DNA from: Isurus oxyrinchus
Lineage: Eukaryota
Length of the DNA: 64,000 bases
Assembly (NCBI GenBank): GCA_026770705.1
Contig: JANJGN010000004.1
Span: 117,986,001-118,050,000 of the forward strand
Direction of reading: 5' to 3'
In this document: positions 63,534-64,000 of the stretch, piece after piece
How positions within the stretch are numbered: the first letter of the stretch is position 1
Layout: every line of letters begins with the position of its first letter
Program-made: the position numbers and the translations under genes
Notes under the pieces: model-generated
What the model saw: the letters and a program-made list of their open reading frames with translations, nothing else
Told to the model about the DNA's origin: nothing
Database searches by the model: none

Positions 63534-64000
63534 TTTTTATGCAACTACTTGGCAATATACAAGATTCTGTTTGGCCTGAAAGAGGGAAGATTCTAAACGC
63601 ACTGTTGAAGTTTGGATGTTTCTGACCAAATTATAGCACAACATGCTGGCACTTTAGTGCTGCAATTTTTCCTGCAGTGAACTTCAGGATCTCATTTTCT
63701 TTCCTTTTTATATTTCATCCTTCATGTCTTGCAGGACTCAGTGAGAAGGAAGATATAGCTTCAGATTTTGTCTCTAAATGCATACATTAAAAATTACATG
63801 TTGCACTTTGGGAAAGGGCTGCCTCATAACTCCCAGTGTCCTGAGACATGGGCACTCTATTGCTAGTTACATCTGCAGACACTAATATGTCGGTCAGAAA
63901 TGGAATCTAGAAGTAAACTGTTATTCATTGCTAAAAAGTGTAGTCTGTAAAGTTTCTTGAACAGTACTGCAGCACTGAATTGATAATTGGTAATTAACAG

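Noticed and set aside
63735-63760. Next CCDC171 exon after the polypyrimidine tract and CAG near 63734
   Set aside because: The frame reads DSVRRKI then stop and does not resemble the expected EKLTFLH-like continuation; the next exon lies beyond the window.

Overview
This is eukaryotic genomic DNA, most likely from a cartilaginous fish (shark or ray), inferred from the repeat families present. The window holds the 5' part of a CCDC171 orthologue on the + strand: a putative CpG-rich first exon and 12 coding exons with GT-AG boundaries. These splice into one open frame of 1713 nt (571 codons) that continues beyond the window. The introns are filled with decayed CR1, L2 and Tx1-like LINEs, Deu-domain and tRNA-derived SINEs, Harbinger-like and hAT MITEs, two solo LTRs and many Penelope-like element (PLE) pieces. 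The most striking structures are two young, TSD-bounded, palindromic PLE-derived insertions carrying minimal hammerhead ribozyme motifs with a non-canonical CUGUCGA core. One of them is a tandem array of four ~107-nt ribozyme units, resembling a retrozyme. Other points of interest are a clean template-switch inversion, a candidate 8-nt microexon created by donor-site duplication, and a twin-primed Tx1 insertion. Almost all ORFs in the supplied track are spurious or transposon remnants. Exon coordinates were read base by base; repeat boundaries are approximate. Family names and the human protein comparison come from recall, not database searches.
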